Origin: Bigelowiella natans CCMP2755
Taxonomy: Eukaryota; Protista; Cercozoa
Length of the DNA: 64,000 nt
NCBI GenBank assembly: GCA_000320545.1
Contig: ADNK01003312.1
Location: 6,256-70,255, forward strand
Reading direction: 5' to 3'
Shown here: positions 1-13,139 of the stretch, one piece after another
Numbering within the stretch: position 1 is the first letter of the stretch
Layout: each line of letters starts with the position of its first letter
Notes under the pieces: model-generated
Database searches by the model: none
What the model was told of the DNA's origin: nothing
What the model saw: the letters and a program-made list of their open reading frames with translations, nothing else
Position numbers and translations under genes: made by a program

Positions 1-1867
1 ATAAAGCAAACAACACGCATAATGTCTATTCAGAAACTAAAAACACTGTCGTACCCCCCCCCACACACACATATATTGATTAATTCGCGAATTCTTGAAG
101 ATAAAGGGGTAGGGGGGGGAAGCTGAAACACCTCTCTCAAGTGCGAAGGAGGACCTATACCGCTCAGAAGAAGAATCTACAACAACATACATGATGAGGA
201 AATATCTCCAACATTAGCAGCCAACAAGGCATAGCACTAGCGCACCTGTGGAGACCCGATGACGCCAGCAGAGAGAATTATCTTTGTAGAGTAATAGAGA
301 AGGCAATGTATATTTGATATGGAATGTGTCTCATGGTGCTGAGCCGCCTCTAGCTATCACGGCTGTACCTCGTTACGTGCTAAAACAAGATGCTTCTTGT
401 CGGTTCTGTCCGTATAGGTCACCTGGCATTCGCGACATATGTGAATGAGCAATATCAAACCCCACGAAGAGAACGCATTGCGCTTGCCAGAATGTAGAGA
501 GAAGGAAGAATATGAGAGCGGGAGATTGCGTCTTTGCTGAAGTGCGAGAGAAGCTAATGGCGCGTGTCATCATCCTCTGCCATGCATCTAACCCTCAAAC
601 ATAATCGCCGCCATCCAACACCACCAACATGTGAGTCATCATTTGCATGAAAGAGTTCTGAATACCCCAATAGCCTTTTGGACGCCCCCTCCATGATTTC
701 CAGTGAGAAATATTCCTAAATTGAGTGGGTTTGTGCGCGTGTATGGTAGGCGAGAGAATAGTACCACAGGATGTAAAAATGCGTGCATATACTCAACGGT
801 AGACTCCCTCATTGCTAATGCCCCATGCCCTGAGAGCAATTTTACGTATATATCGCCACACCTGTAACAAGGCTGTTTGGCCTCACGTGCAGCTTGGGAG
901 ATTCCAACTGCTCAAGTTATCATTCAGTCACTTACAAAAAACCACAGAGTGTAAATATATAAATATATTACGATTTTCGATAAGAATGCTCTTGAGGCCG
1001 TGACCTGAAGACAAAATAGACTTTCACGTTGAGCTATTAAAGGAGAATTGCCTCTCGCAATACGACATGTTTCGAGTCCTTGATGGTTTTGTATGCTATG
1101 TGAGGTGTATGCTCTAGTACCCTGTGGCCAGTATCGTCGCGGATATACACCTGCATTTTTGCGTTTTGCAGCATTGTTAGCATTTTCTCTCTCAAACTAC
1201 AATCTCTACTGAACAACTAACAAATGAAGGGGGAGTGGGGGAGGAGGGGGGGGGGGGGGCTGTCCTTTCTTTTTTCCTTTATTTCTTTATGATTTCCTAT
1301 CTATCTCCGGCGGAGGTTCTCCGTGCCCATGTGCGGTTTTGTTTTCGCTGCTGGTAGATCGGCATACCTGGTATATCTGAACGCCGTCCTGAGGAGTGAT
1401 AAGGGAGTTCTGGTCTTCGTTATCTTCAAACCCTGCTTGCACACAGGCCTGGCAAGGAAACAACCCGTTATACATGGGCGCCTCCTCTCAGCGTCTGCAT
1501 AGAGTTGGCAGCAAAAGCAGAGGGATATCCCTCCGGTCTGTTCTGACCTTGTGAAACGCCGTCGCTATGGGAGAGAGCTGCGCCTTTGGGATATCTGATA
1601 CGCGAACGTCACCTAGGAACATGTACAGGAGGAGGATCTTACATCTTGCTTCAATCGATCGAGGAAATATTGACCGAATAAATCGGAGTGAGAGAGAAAG
1701 AGACAGGGAGGGAGAGAGGGGGGGAGGAGGGGAGGCGCGTCGTCTTCATGATGAAGCTAACAGGTGCTATGGAAGAGCTCTCTCACCGCCTTTCCCATGG
1801 GCTGTAGAGGACCCTGATGTTGTGAAGCAAAATCCATTCAAACACATGCACGAATGCACGTGCTACT

Positions 1868-1898
<31 letters not shown>

Positions 1899-2481
1899 AC
1901 ACGTGATATGCTACAGGATATGCTCTAAATGATCAGCAATCGAACCTCTTGAGTTGTCCTCGTAGCGCTTGAAATACGGCAGCGCCTCATCAGCACTCCA
2001 TCTGATAGAGCATACCCACCACCCATTCATCAACCCACCAGCAGAGTACAAGGAGGATCATCAGAAATCAACGGCGGCACTGCATGTTCTCCATCGCATG
2101 ACGATGTTCTCTCGTCATCTACATATCAAGGTCACTGCGGTGATAAACAGCTAAAATGAAGGGCCTTCGATCGTCTCTTGGCTTTGCATACCCGAAAGCG
2201 CCATTTGCAGCCCATTGGTCATAGATCTCTCTCGCGCCCCTGTAAGGACACAAGACGCGTTGCTCACCAAGGGAAATGTACGTGAAGGAGACGAAAGTCA
2301 ATATCAGCGTATTGTATATATGTGTTGTGCACGCCGTTTTTCTTTTTTATGATCATCTATATCAACAAAGGAGAGAAGAGGCAAGCTGTTAGAAAGATGC
2401 TGATTCTTCACCGGTTGAACAACATGCCATTCACGAGAGAGGTGCCTCCAACACCGCGTCCTATATGTTAGCACACACACG

Positions 2482-2536
<55 letters not shown>

Positions 2537-2885
2537 GAACATAAACACTATCAGAAGTAGATATCGAAGCAATAGAGGTGTGATTGATTGTTTCCCGTTG
2601 TCTTCATCATCGTTCTATCGTCCACGCACCTCGTGTGCAGCGAATGTGCCTTATTATGCGTTATTTACGAGTGAAAAGGGGCGGAGAGGGAGAGATCAGA
2701 GGGCGTTAAGAGAGAGATATTTGTGAGCAGAAAGACGGTCGTGTGGTAGGCAGTAGCAGTAGAAGTAGTAGTGCTAGTGGAAGTAATAGTCGTTGTCATA
2801 GTACTACTACTACTACTACTAGTAGTGAGATAAACGTAATGTACCTGTCCCCACAATGAGGCTGCTCAACTGTCGCATATCTGCA

Positions 2886-2921
<36 letters not shown>

Positions 2922-2973
2922 AATGCTGATATATCACCAATTGAAGATGAGTGATGGGGAAGGGAGGGGGGTG

Positions 2974-3030
<57 letters not shown>

Positions 3031-3523
3031 GGAAGAGGGGGGAGAGGCAGAGAGGTTGAGTAGTAGTAAATCCAACCCCCAATTGAGCGTTGTGGCGAAA
3101 GCAGCGCCATATTTCATCGGATCATGGACGGAATCGTTCAAATCCTCCTAAAATATACAAAATCAGCAGCAGCAGCACATATACCATAAGAAGGTACATG
3201 GATAGCAAGGACAAAAACAGAACATAACAACGGTAGGTGGTCACCGCAGAGAACTCACAGAAGAAACATGCACTAGATCTTCCTCCTCATGTCATTGTAT
3301 TGACTGATGAGCAACCACACCTTGAGCGAGTCTCCAGCCTCCAGGACCACCACATTATAACCTTTTACAAAGGGGTGATTGCAGATTAGCAGTGCCCTAT
3401 AGCACTAGATTCCATGCAGATGACCAAGATGTTGTATTCACTGCTACATACTACCGTTCTCAGAGAGCCGATTTGCTACTAAACATCCAGCGCTAAGATG
3501 AATCAAAAGTTGATGCTATGTAA

Positions 3524-3561
<38 letters not shown>

Positions 3562-5487
3562 TATAATTTGTTATTATTAACGTATTCCAATGACAAAGTT
3601 GTCAAGAGGCTTTACTATTTGCTCTGTGATTGATTCATACACAAAGTCCCAGCATGCATCGTCACCGCACAACCTTCCTGCGCCGATAACGACGTAATCG
3701 GCAATTGTTGTTTGAAACGAATCTGATTGATGGTGATCGTAAGTAATGACAACGAGACAAGCTCATACATAACAAGATGAAATATAGACAAATGCATATT
3801 AATATTAAAAACCATAGAGCTCACAGGCTCAGAAAACGCAACGCCGAATCAATCTGAGTACCAGCTTCGATGTCTTGTGTTGTCGCAGCTACGAGATCTG
3901 TGGCGTTTCTGGGGAGATTTTGCTTATCCGAAATCTCTCCTATTATTATTAGCACCAATAGAGACAGAGAGAATGTCATCCTGACCTGTCTTGTTAAACG
4001 AATCATTCACAAAACTTAGGAAATAGCAAGCATCCGCACATCGGTGTAGGGAGTTATGCATTTCTTTGAAGAAACGTTGTGGTGCTATTTGAAGACTACC
4101 GATGAGGTAAGGAGCTCCAAACTTCTCCAATATTTCCTGCGTGCAGTATCATGGTAATGTATTTAAAGTGTGTGTATGTGTTTTCAGAGAAAGAGAGAAG
4201 GGGGGGGGGGGAGAAGGGGGTCCAGAATATGATGCATATCAATTTTAAATGGTGTTAATTCTTCCGAACCGAGTGATGAAGATGATGAAAGATATTCGTT
4301 GCATCCTTTTGATAACAATAAACTTCAGGTGATAATAGGCATCAGAGTAGCAAAATTGCATAGGCATACTGTCGCGTATCTTATTTCTCTGCTTCCTTGA
4401 GAGAAGCAAGCACCCAGAGGGATGAATAGAGCCACAGTACGTACCCGTGCTGCATACTGTGTTAGTTGCATGGTGTTATTACAACCTTTCCTGCGTTGTC
4501 CAAGATCGGCTGCTTGTTACCTGTTTAGATACCCATCAATATGGCTGCTCAGCATTGTGTTAAAGTCCATTCCGACTTTATAATTACGAACGTACATGTA
4601 ACTTTGTGCGTGCGTGCGTGCGTGCGCGCGCGTGTGTTCAAATACGCTTCCAAATGAGCATGATTAATGGTGGATGTGTTTCATTGCGGCAGACCCGGAT
4701 GCAGGGCAAGCCATTCAGTCACATCGTAGACATTTCCTAAGTAGAGCATAGAAGTCCCGGGTTCAAATCAAGCAAGCTGTAGCCACGCCATATATGCGTA
4801 TATTAGGAGAAATGCCATAGCATCACCAATGACCATAATTTCGAAACAATATCGTCTGCAATGTGTGACATTACAGTATACCGTCAATTATTATCCAGCA
4901 ATCTGTTTCCTTGCTATGCCTCCGAACCTCAGCCACCGTGAACCTTAAATGCAAAGGAGGGGGTGGATTATGCTTTAAAGATACATACGGTACTCTCCAC
5001 GTACTTCTCACGATCGATTTCATTGAAGGTTATTCGAACGCATAGACAGGTCAGTACCTCTTTGTCTCTGTTTCTGCGTGCGAATACTGATTGCGGTGGT
5101 ACAAGCTTCCGACTAAGGCCAAAGCGGATCCTGTCGCTAAAGCCTGATGGGAGATCACACTCGATTCATTTTGTGTGATAAAGAGAGCGAGAACGGAAGA
5201 GGAAGAAAGAGGGGGAGTAGTGGGATTCGTGTAGCTGGGGGAAGGACAGGGAAATGACACCTTCAGTCCCCTCCTGCGTGACCAGTACGTACTAGATCAA
5301 ATAAACAAGGGAGTTAATCGAAAGCGTCATCGAGCTTTCTATTAACCCACCGCTTCCCTTCATTCGCAGAGAACAGGGGAAAATCTACCAAACATGAATT
5401 TCAACTCGACGAACGAAAAGAGCGCCTCCTTGGAAACATGGGGGGAGGGGCGCGAGGTAGATACCCAAGTCGACGTAACCCTGACAT
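1..5487 (-). CDS. Cytochrome b5 / GMC (glucose-methanol-choline) oxidoreductase fusion, choline-dehydrogenase-like flavodomain; multi-exon, 3' part lies beyond the window start
   Basis: Phase-consistent manual splice. Leader MSGLRRLG|RGLK|ALATGSALALVGSLYHRNQYSHAETETKR (exons 5465-5487, 5261-5273, 5058-5143). b5 domain FTVAEVRRHSKETDCWIIIDG|NVYDVTEWLALHPG|NKQPILDNAGK|DATNIFHHLHHS|EILEKFGAPYLIG. FAD motif DYVVIGAGS|AGCLVANRLSEN (3674-3722, 3455-3492). GMC motifs VVVLEAG, GRGVGGTSLVNGMLFNRG (2412-2460), WSADEALPYFKRYE, ARNEIILSAGVIGSPQ|ILLLSGIGPPSHL (132-176). Start codon tentative. Confidence 0.92.
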
Positions 5488-6107
5488 CCATCCACGTGCT
5501 GTCACCTTCAGTCCCCTTCCAAAGACAGATTCTCGCAATAATATATATATTCCTGATGATTAAAACGGCATGCGTTTTTGCATCGTCGCATCCAACCGGA
5601 TTGACGTAATACAGAAATCAGCGACTTTTCTCGTCGGTGGGTATTGCATTTTATTCTGAAATTTTCTTCGTGGTCAAAGCAATCAACATAGGAGAAAATG
5701 CACTGGCAAGCTGGCAAGCGAAGATGACAGAAATCGCTCATTTTCTCGAACAAGCCATATGATGTTTTCTCGAATAAAAAACGTTCCAAAATGAGTAATT
5801 CGGGGAGAGAGATTTGTTCTGGATTTTTCGAAATCAACAAGCATTTTTCCTTGTCTCAGTGTAATTTTCAACAACGCGTTTCAGAAATTCGCCAGCAGCG
5901 GCTGCAAGAAAACGTCTGAATATACGCCTTTTTCCAGCTACGACATGTGGAATATTTTGTCGCAATATCTCACCCATATTTGCTTCCGGGAATGGCGTTC
6001 TGCAATGGGCAGCATCGGTTGCGCGTTTACTTTTCTCCTTGAACTCTGGACCCCCACCCTTCCCCCCCCCCTCTCCCTTCCGCCCGTAATGCCGTAATGT
6101 GATTCAT
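5488..6107. promoter_or_regulatory. Putative bidirectional promoter (b5-GMC / J-protein)
   Basis: Short head-to-head spacer free of dinucleotide microsatellites and rich in TTTTCG/CGAAAA-type tracts; inferred from gene geometry only. Confidence 0.45.
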
Positions 6108-6563
6108 ATGAAATGCTTACGGCTGCGCAGGGGGATACTTCTCTGGATATTTATCGTAAGCCTGGTTGGGAAAGTTTGCGTCCACACAGGCAGAAAGGCA
6201 GCAACTACTTCGCGGCTATCTTTGCCGCGGCTACGCGGGGTCAGAGGGGGGAGACCTGTACTGAATGAAGAGCAGCTTACTCGACCAGATTGGTGGCATG
6301 GTGGACAGAGAATATCAAGCTCAACGGTTCTCCCCTCCGCGTTTTGTTCCTTGACATGCTATTTTTGAATATTTATTGCTTTTGCAGATCTTCTCTCGTC
6401 TGCGAGGGGGTGGGGTGGGACACCCAATCGAGGATGGTCCGAAGCGAGACTATTACGAAGTCCTTGGGTTGAAGAAGGTATCCAACGAAAGGCGCCCCGT
6501 ACATAGTACACATAGATTGGGAAAGAACGAAAATGAACATATTAAAAAATAAATAAATAAAAA

Positions 6564-6608
<45 letters not shown>

Positions 6609-7340
6609 GTGTGTGTGTGTGTTAGGGTGCCACGGAGGACGAAATCAAAAAGGCCTACAGAAAGCTTTCGATCAAAGTATACCCACCCCATTCCAAATAT
6701 TACTATTTGTGCGTGTGTTTGTCTGTCCAGCCATGTGTTTGTGTGCTTGCACCGTATTGGGTTAGATGCCATTTTTTAATGGAACAGAGTCTTCTTCGTC
6801 ATCATCGTCGCTGACCATAACATAGGAGCACCCTGATAAAAAAAAGACAAAGCCAGAGAAGGAGAAGGCTCATCGCATATTCAAAGAAATTGGAGAGGTA
6901 TTCCTTCGCAATCACCTCTATCGTATTCCGGCGAGGAAGCGCCTAAGCTTTTGGAATGATCTTTGCAACTTTCGTAAATGTGCTTGTGGTAATTCTCTCA
7001 TATTGGGCCCTAATAAGGAGAAACTTAATGAGAGCCCGCGATTTCGCAGAAATATTGGACTTTAGATTCCACGACTAGCTTACAATGCATATTCTAAAAA
7101 ATTAAAAAGGGCTCATGAGCGTGCAAATATGCGTTTTGCTGCAGGCCTACTACGTTCTAAGCGACCCTAAGAAGCGCAAGTTGTACGACGACGGCGGGCA
7201 TGAAGCCGTCATGTATGCAGGTAGTTATCTTGCGGTTATCATCATTGGTAAAGCGTAGAGCACACGGAGGCACATTTCTTTGAGTCTCGAGTCTTTCATA
7301 TGAATAGAACTAGTTTTTGGAATGCAGAGCTAGAACACGT

Positions 7341-7382
<42 letters not shown>

Positions 7383-9261
7383 GCAACACACACGTAAACA
7401 GACGAAGGCGGAGGAGGCCACCACGGCGAGATGATGGGGGGATTTGACTTTGAAGATGCCGAGTCTTTATTCAAGTAATCATTGCTACATGCTTTATGGC
7501 AGCAATATATGATACCAACATCGGTGACAATAAACCAGTGGTGAGGAGGATGATCATGTGTTTACGTGAAGCTGGTGTGTGCTCGTACTGTCAAGGGTTA
7601 TGTTTCATTGGAAATTCGATCTTTGACTGTTTTTCCTCAAGGCAATTCTTCGGGGGAAAAGACCCTTTTTCTTCCTTTTTCTCTGGATTTGGAGGTAGAC
7701 GTCACATTGAATTTGCTATGTTCTCGCGCGCGCGTGCACACGCTAATACTGCATCGGAACTCATGCATACAAACACACTTCAGGGGACGACAACGATGAT
7801 GCCTTCGGCGGGTATCTGATGGGAAAATACAATATATCATTGGAGATAAAGATGATGATGATGATGATGATGATGATGGTGATGCTGATATATGTGAAGT
7901 CCAAGTAGTACTGCGATTTACCTTTCGATTCTTCGCATTTCTCCAAATAGCACGTCAAGTTCTTTTTCATGAAAATTAACGTCCGGATCATACTTCCTTA
8001 GCTTCGGTGGAGGGAACGTATTCTCATCCTCAGTCACCTTTGGGGGGGGGTAAGGATGTAGATTACTGCTAAAACAAGAGTAGAGTGAGACGGCGACGCT
8101 CATGATGGTTACGATGAACACGTTGTTATTGCATGCCATTCTGTTGAAGAGTCGTTCCCATTCCTTTCGTTTGCTTTTATTGCTTGGCCTTCTAGCGGGG
8201 GTTTCACATCATCGTCGACATCTCGGAGAATGACCAGAGATTCCCAAGGCCGCCAAGTCGTAGAGGAAATCACCAAGGTCCTCATTATGCGGCCATTCGA
8301 TTACACGTGCATGCTTTCATGTGCGTGTGCGTGTGCTGGGACAACCGTTTCTGGAAATGTTCAGTGTGCTCAGTTGCATGTGTTGCATGTGTTGCTCAGA
8401 CGACAAAACCTGATGGAAATGTCGAGGAAGTTGTACGGAGAAAGGTATTGCACATATGCACAACACACACACGCACACACACTCACACACTCACGTGTGC
8501 GCGCGCGCATGCATTTAACATAGACTTTTCTCGCATAATATTCGATATACCTGTTATAAATACGTGCAACAGCTAGGAGATGGCAAAGTAGAGGAGACCC
8601 GTCGGCAGCTTCCACGTCTTTCCGATGGAAAAACGGGCAGAGGTGGAGGAGGAGGAGGAGGGAGCGGGAAACAGCATGGAATTCAACGGTAGCACAACAG
8701 TGCTTATTATTCACCATATGCTAGGATAGATAGCTGCTACTATACGCTTTGCACACACAAACACACACACCTAGAGAGAGGGCACTAATCACGTTCCTGT
8801 TGTGGAGAAGAGGATCCCAATCCATACAACGAACACTCGCCTTATAGTATCATTCTCACCATCGTCATAATCATCATAATCACCTTCATCATCATCATCA
8901 TGAATCCCTTCTCCCTGCACTTATCAGTCAGGAGTTTGGAGGTGAGGATGACTTTTTCGGGGGGCTAGGAGACATGCTCTCCTTTGGCAGAGAGGCGGGA
9001 GGCCACGGCGCCGGCAGTAGTATGTTTGGATTTAACGATGATGATGACGACGAAGACGATTTAAGCGACGATCAAGACGATGATGATGAAGATGAGGACG
9101 ATGATGATAACCCGAACAGCAGCAAGAGGCACAGAAATGGCAATGGTAGTAGTAGTAGTAAGAGAGAGCCGTCGATGAAGCACAGCAATAGAAACGATGC
9201 CTACCGAAGTAGCAGCAATAAGGGCGGGGGTTCCAAACCAAAAATTGAGACTCTGGAGTAG
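6108..9261 (+). CDS. Class II J-domain protein (DNAJB6/B8-like) with N-terminal signal/leader and acidic C-terminal tail
   Basis: Spliced: ...IFSRLRGGGVGHPIEDGPKRDYYEVLGLKK|GATEDEIKKAYRKLSIK|EHPDKKKTKPEKEKAHRIFKEIGE|AYYVLSDPKKRKLYDDGG. Intact HPD. G/F-rich region QFFGGKDPFSSFFSGFG, S/T-rich FTSSSTSRR, beta-sheet-type VVEEITK|TTKPDGNVEEVVRRK, D/E-rich last exon ending KIETLE* at 9261. Confidence 0.93.
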
Positions 9262-10670
9262 CAACAGTGCTATAAAAATGACGGCGCTCATACACACACA
9301 CACGCACACTCTAACACCACGACATCGACATGGATCGATTGGTCTATTTGTTACAATGTCAATGCTCTAGTGTTAGAGGCAGTCTACCTAGCTACTAGTG
9401 TTGTCTACTATTCCAGTTAGCGTTTCTGCAATCAACGACAAAGTGTACTATTGAAAAGATATGTATCTCAAATATGTTACTGCATACCAACATGTCAGCA
9501 ACTACTGCAGGCATGCACTTCTAGACTTCCGCATTATCTAGTACTATATTGTGACAGTGTGACAGTCGTACATAGTATGATTGCACACGTATATGTTCTT
9601 CCGTATACATAGCTCTACTCATCGCATCGCTATCATAAACTTGCCGAGATAAACGTTGAATTCGTGAGCAACAATAGACTCGACGAAATTTGTAAATGAT
9701 AGCAAGCAAGCAGGCACACACATAGACATATATCTTTTTGCACACTCTTTAGAGTTGCATTGTGCATGCGCGCGCGGCACGCGCAGCTGTAATATGCACA
9801 CCATTTGATGTATACATGCATGCACTCTATCCTCCTACATAACATTCGTCCGCATAGCAGCAGCAGAATAAAATCACTTTACGAATAATTTGCTATGCTA
9901 GCATGGCTCTGCAATTTAAATTTGTACATTACAATCATCATTTTTCTTCCTGGCCGGTACCATCGTCAGAATTGTTATTCGTGCTTTTACTATGCACAAT
10001 CCTATGACAAAATGAGTGGAAGTTGACATAAGATTGATGCATTTGGATACGATAAATGAATTCTATAATTCAACAGCAAGATAAAAATATACGCATATGT
10101 ATCTACCGTAGTGGTGTATATCTTGCAAATGATAATATTTCAACGCAAAAATCATGTAATAACCACCACTACTATCACTGCGACCATAACAATAGTATCA
10201 GCGATTTTGATACAGCGACATGACAGTCATTGTCTATCATAGAGAAATAAAATACGATAGGTTTCCTCCTCCAAAGCATTGGATAAATTGAAATACTTAG
10301 CGGCTAGTTTATTTTTTAAGTTGCAACCTCAAAGCATATTCGAGGACGTCTCGACTGATTTTATCCAAAGATCCACCCTTCGCATTGCCGTCATCTGACG
10401 TATTCCAAAAGGGTGTTGTAAGAGTGGCAGACGCAGTGACGAGCATGCATGTTCCCCTCGCTGCTATCTTTCAAAAGATCTATATCTTCCAAGGTCTATT
10501 TTGCTGATGGCATTATGCTTCAAATTGTGTCTTTAGTGTGAGGCAGGGCATGAGATTCAAGAGTGCTGTTATTCATGCAGAATCCCTCCGACATCGACGT
10601 AGCTACACACGGATGCGGCGTCAATGCTGCAAATCGTAGCGCCTCTCTTCGGATCTTGTCGATGACACCA

Positions 10671-11861
10671 TTATGGAGGCGGAGAAGACATGAAAAACAA
10701 ATCATCCAAAATATCCATACCGCTCTTCTCGATGAAGTCTCCGGCACATTCCTCCCAAACCGCATGCCGAAGAACACTTGCGCTTGTAGAGGAGAAAGAA
10801 GAGGCAGCTTCATCCCTCAAATCTCGCAAAACCTCAAACGTCTAAGATGTCCAAGCATGACACAATAAAGACGTGTCCTCGATCGAGCATCTCAAACGAT
10901 CACACCGAAAGCGAGCGCCTCAGCTCTCAACAAGAACGAACAAAACAAAAACGAAAACCCTTCCGTGTTTTTGCCATTAAAAAAAGTTCCAATTTGCTAT
11001 TTTGGAAGAATTGCGTGTGGCATCACTCGGACCGCTCATTTTATTCTATTGCTTTCCTCTACAAAGTCCTCAATCACTAATCACCTTTGTGTCAATGTCG
11101 CACAACACGTCTCGCAGCTCAATTAGCGAGGTTGTTGACAGGATTGCAGAATCGCCCAAAGCTGCAGTTGTTGTCGTATCTGACGATAAATCACGTCTGC
11201 TTGAGCGTGCACCCACCTCCCCATTATATGTTTCTTTTTCTTCGCGGCTGATCTCCTTCTTACTCTTCAACTCTTTGCCATTTCCTATATTCATGGAATG
11301 CCTTTCGTCGGCAGCGTGAGGCGATGACAACCAAGAGTCGAAGCATATCCTAAGGGCAGATCGTGTTGTTGTTAGGCTGATGAATGCCTCAAGCAGATAA
11401 AGCGAGCATTGGAAGCTACGCGACAGTGAAAGAACTTTTAGAGCGAAAGAAAGAAAGAAAAATTTATAACGCAAGCTAATCGGGCTGTTTTCGTTAGTAT
11501 ATCACTCCAGCCAAAGCACCAACTCGAGTTACGACTAGAATGGATTCATTTTCATTCAATGTCTCCATTTGATAATCTTGGGGAAGTCAAAATTCGTCGG
11601 TCAACACCCCAGCGTACATTGAGGCTGAACCCTACCGTTGCATCTGCTTGGCAAGGCGCATTTGTGCGCGCTGGAACATTATCGCGTCTTCTTCATTTAT
11701 ATCAAGTTTCTGTCGGTGAGAACAAAGGTATTCTGTAAGCGCAATCATTCAGAGCAAACCCCAATTGATACTCAACTCTCAAATGCAGGTGAAACAACCA
11801 TATTACGACTCTAAGCACATCGCCTGAAATATTTAACATCTCTCCCCTACTTATATTCGTT

Positions 11862-11903
<42 letters not shown>

Positions 11904-11976
11904 GTGTAGAGCCTACTTTCGCAAGCCTCCGCACGCGCATTAACACCTATCGATCGATATTTGGAACACGCACATG

Positions 11977-12012
<36 letters not shown>

Positions 12013-12434
12013 GACAGAGCGAGAGAGAGGGAGAGAGAGGGAGAGAAAGAGGGAGAGAGAGTGAGCCGGGGGGCGAGGTATAAGGATAAGTATAAACATA
12101 ATACATGTATGCACGTGCGGGCGCGTGCGTGTGTGTATCTATGTGTGATTTAAGGGTGGTTGCTTTAGTTTCCATGCCCCCCTCTTTCTCACCACTTGTT
12201 CCTGTTGACTGTCTTCAGGATTGAGATGGAGAGCAGGAGAGTCGTCGATACCGTCATCCCAACCATGCTCATTATATGAAGAGATGGTACTATTTGTATG
12301 AACGACAGCATCGGCAGTAGCAATAACGCTTTCATTGAAATTTTTGGAAGCCCCCTCGAATTTCACCCGAGCAATATTCGCCTGCACTTCTTTCCTACAG
12401 ATGTGTGAATACACGTATGTATGTATCTATACAT

Positions 12435-12480
<46 letters not shown>

Positions 12481-13072
12481 CAATTTAGAGTGGCGCTCCT
12501 ATTGCTCGTCATTACCGCTGCTGAAGTAGTTTGACAAGAATTTTCACTCTAGTCGCGGGGGAGGGGGAGGGATGTGCTGTGGCTTCAACGGTCAATTTAG
12601 ACGTGATCAGCATGGAAGGTGAGGAGAAGATGAGGGACGGGTGGTGTCGCAACGAATGCCCCGTCATTCTGGCTGAAATTGGCCTTTTCTTGGTCGAGCC
12701 CGACGTTCCAGCGGCCATTGTGAATGCTATGAGAGTCACTGTCGATGCAATAATGCGGAAATCTTGAAAAAACATATCTGCTTTGTAGTAATTCCAGCTT
12801 CCCTCCCCACTGTGTTAATCCATCACGAGTGAACGGTAGACCCTCACGATGCTGGGCAGGGGAGGCGAGGAAGGAGGAGGAGGAGGAGGAGGAAGGGGAT
12901 GGGCATTGACAAATGGAGACTGATGCTCATTGTTCTCCTGGTAAAGGACTCTGCGTGTGCGACAAGAAAACGAGGCGATTTTGACCCGTTTTTGATACAA
13001 AATCATGTCGCAGCTTTGGTTTATGAGCGATGTCGAGAGTCGCGGCACAGCCTCTCTCATCGCATTCATCAT
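10671..13072 (-). CDS. Hypothetical multi-exon protein
   Basis: Long open exon-like blocks bounded by AG/GT at ~11083-11474, ~12192-12396, ~12512-12775 and ~12840-13072. The last join reads ELRDVLCDIDTK|TFEVLRDLRDEAASS...DDLFFMSSPPP* (stop 10671). No recognisable domain; 5' structure unresolved. Confidence 0.5.
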
Positions 13073-13139
13073 CGTCGTGTCATTGAATGCGAACCTGCTG
13101 CGTTCGATTCCTGCGAAAATCCTCAACACTGACAAAAAT

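Noticed and set aside
4741-4770. GTAGAGCA...GGGTTCAAATC, resembling tRNA D-arm and T-loop (B box)
   Set aside because: Spacing is far too short, there is no acceptor or anticodon stem, and it overlaps an intron 3' end.
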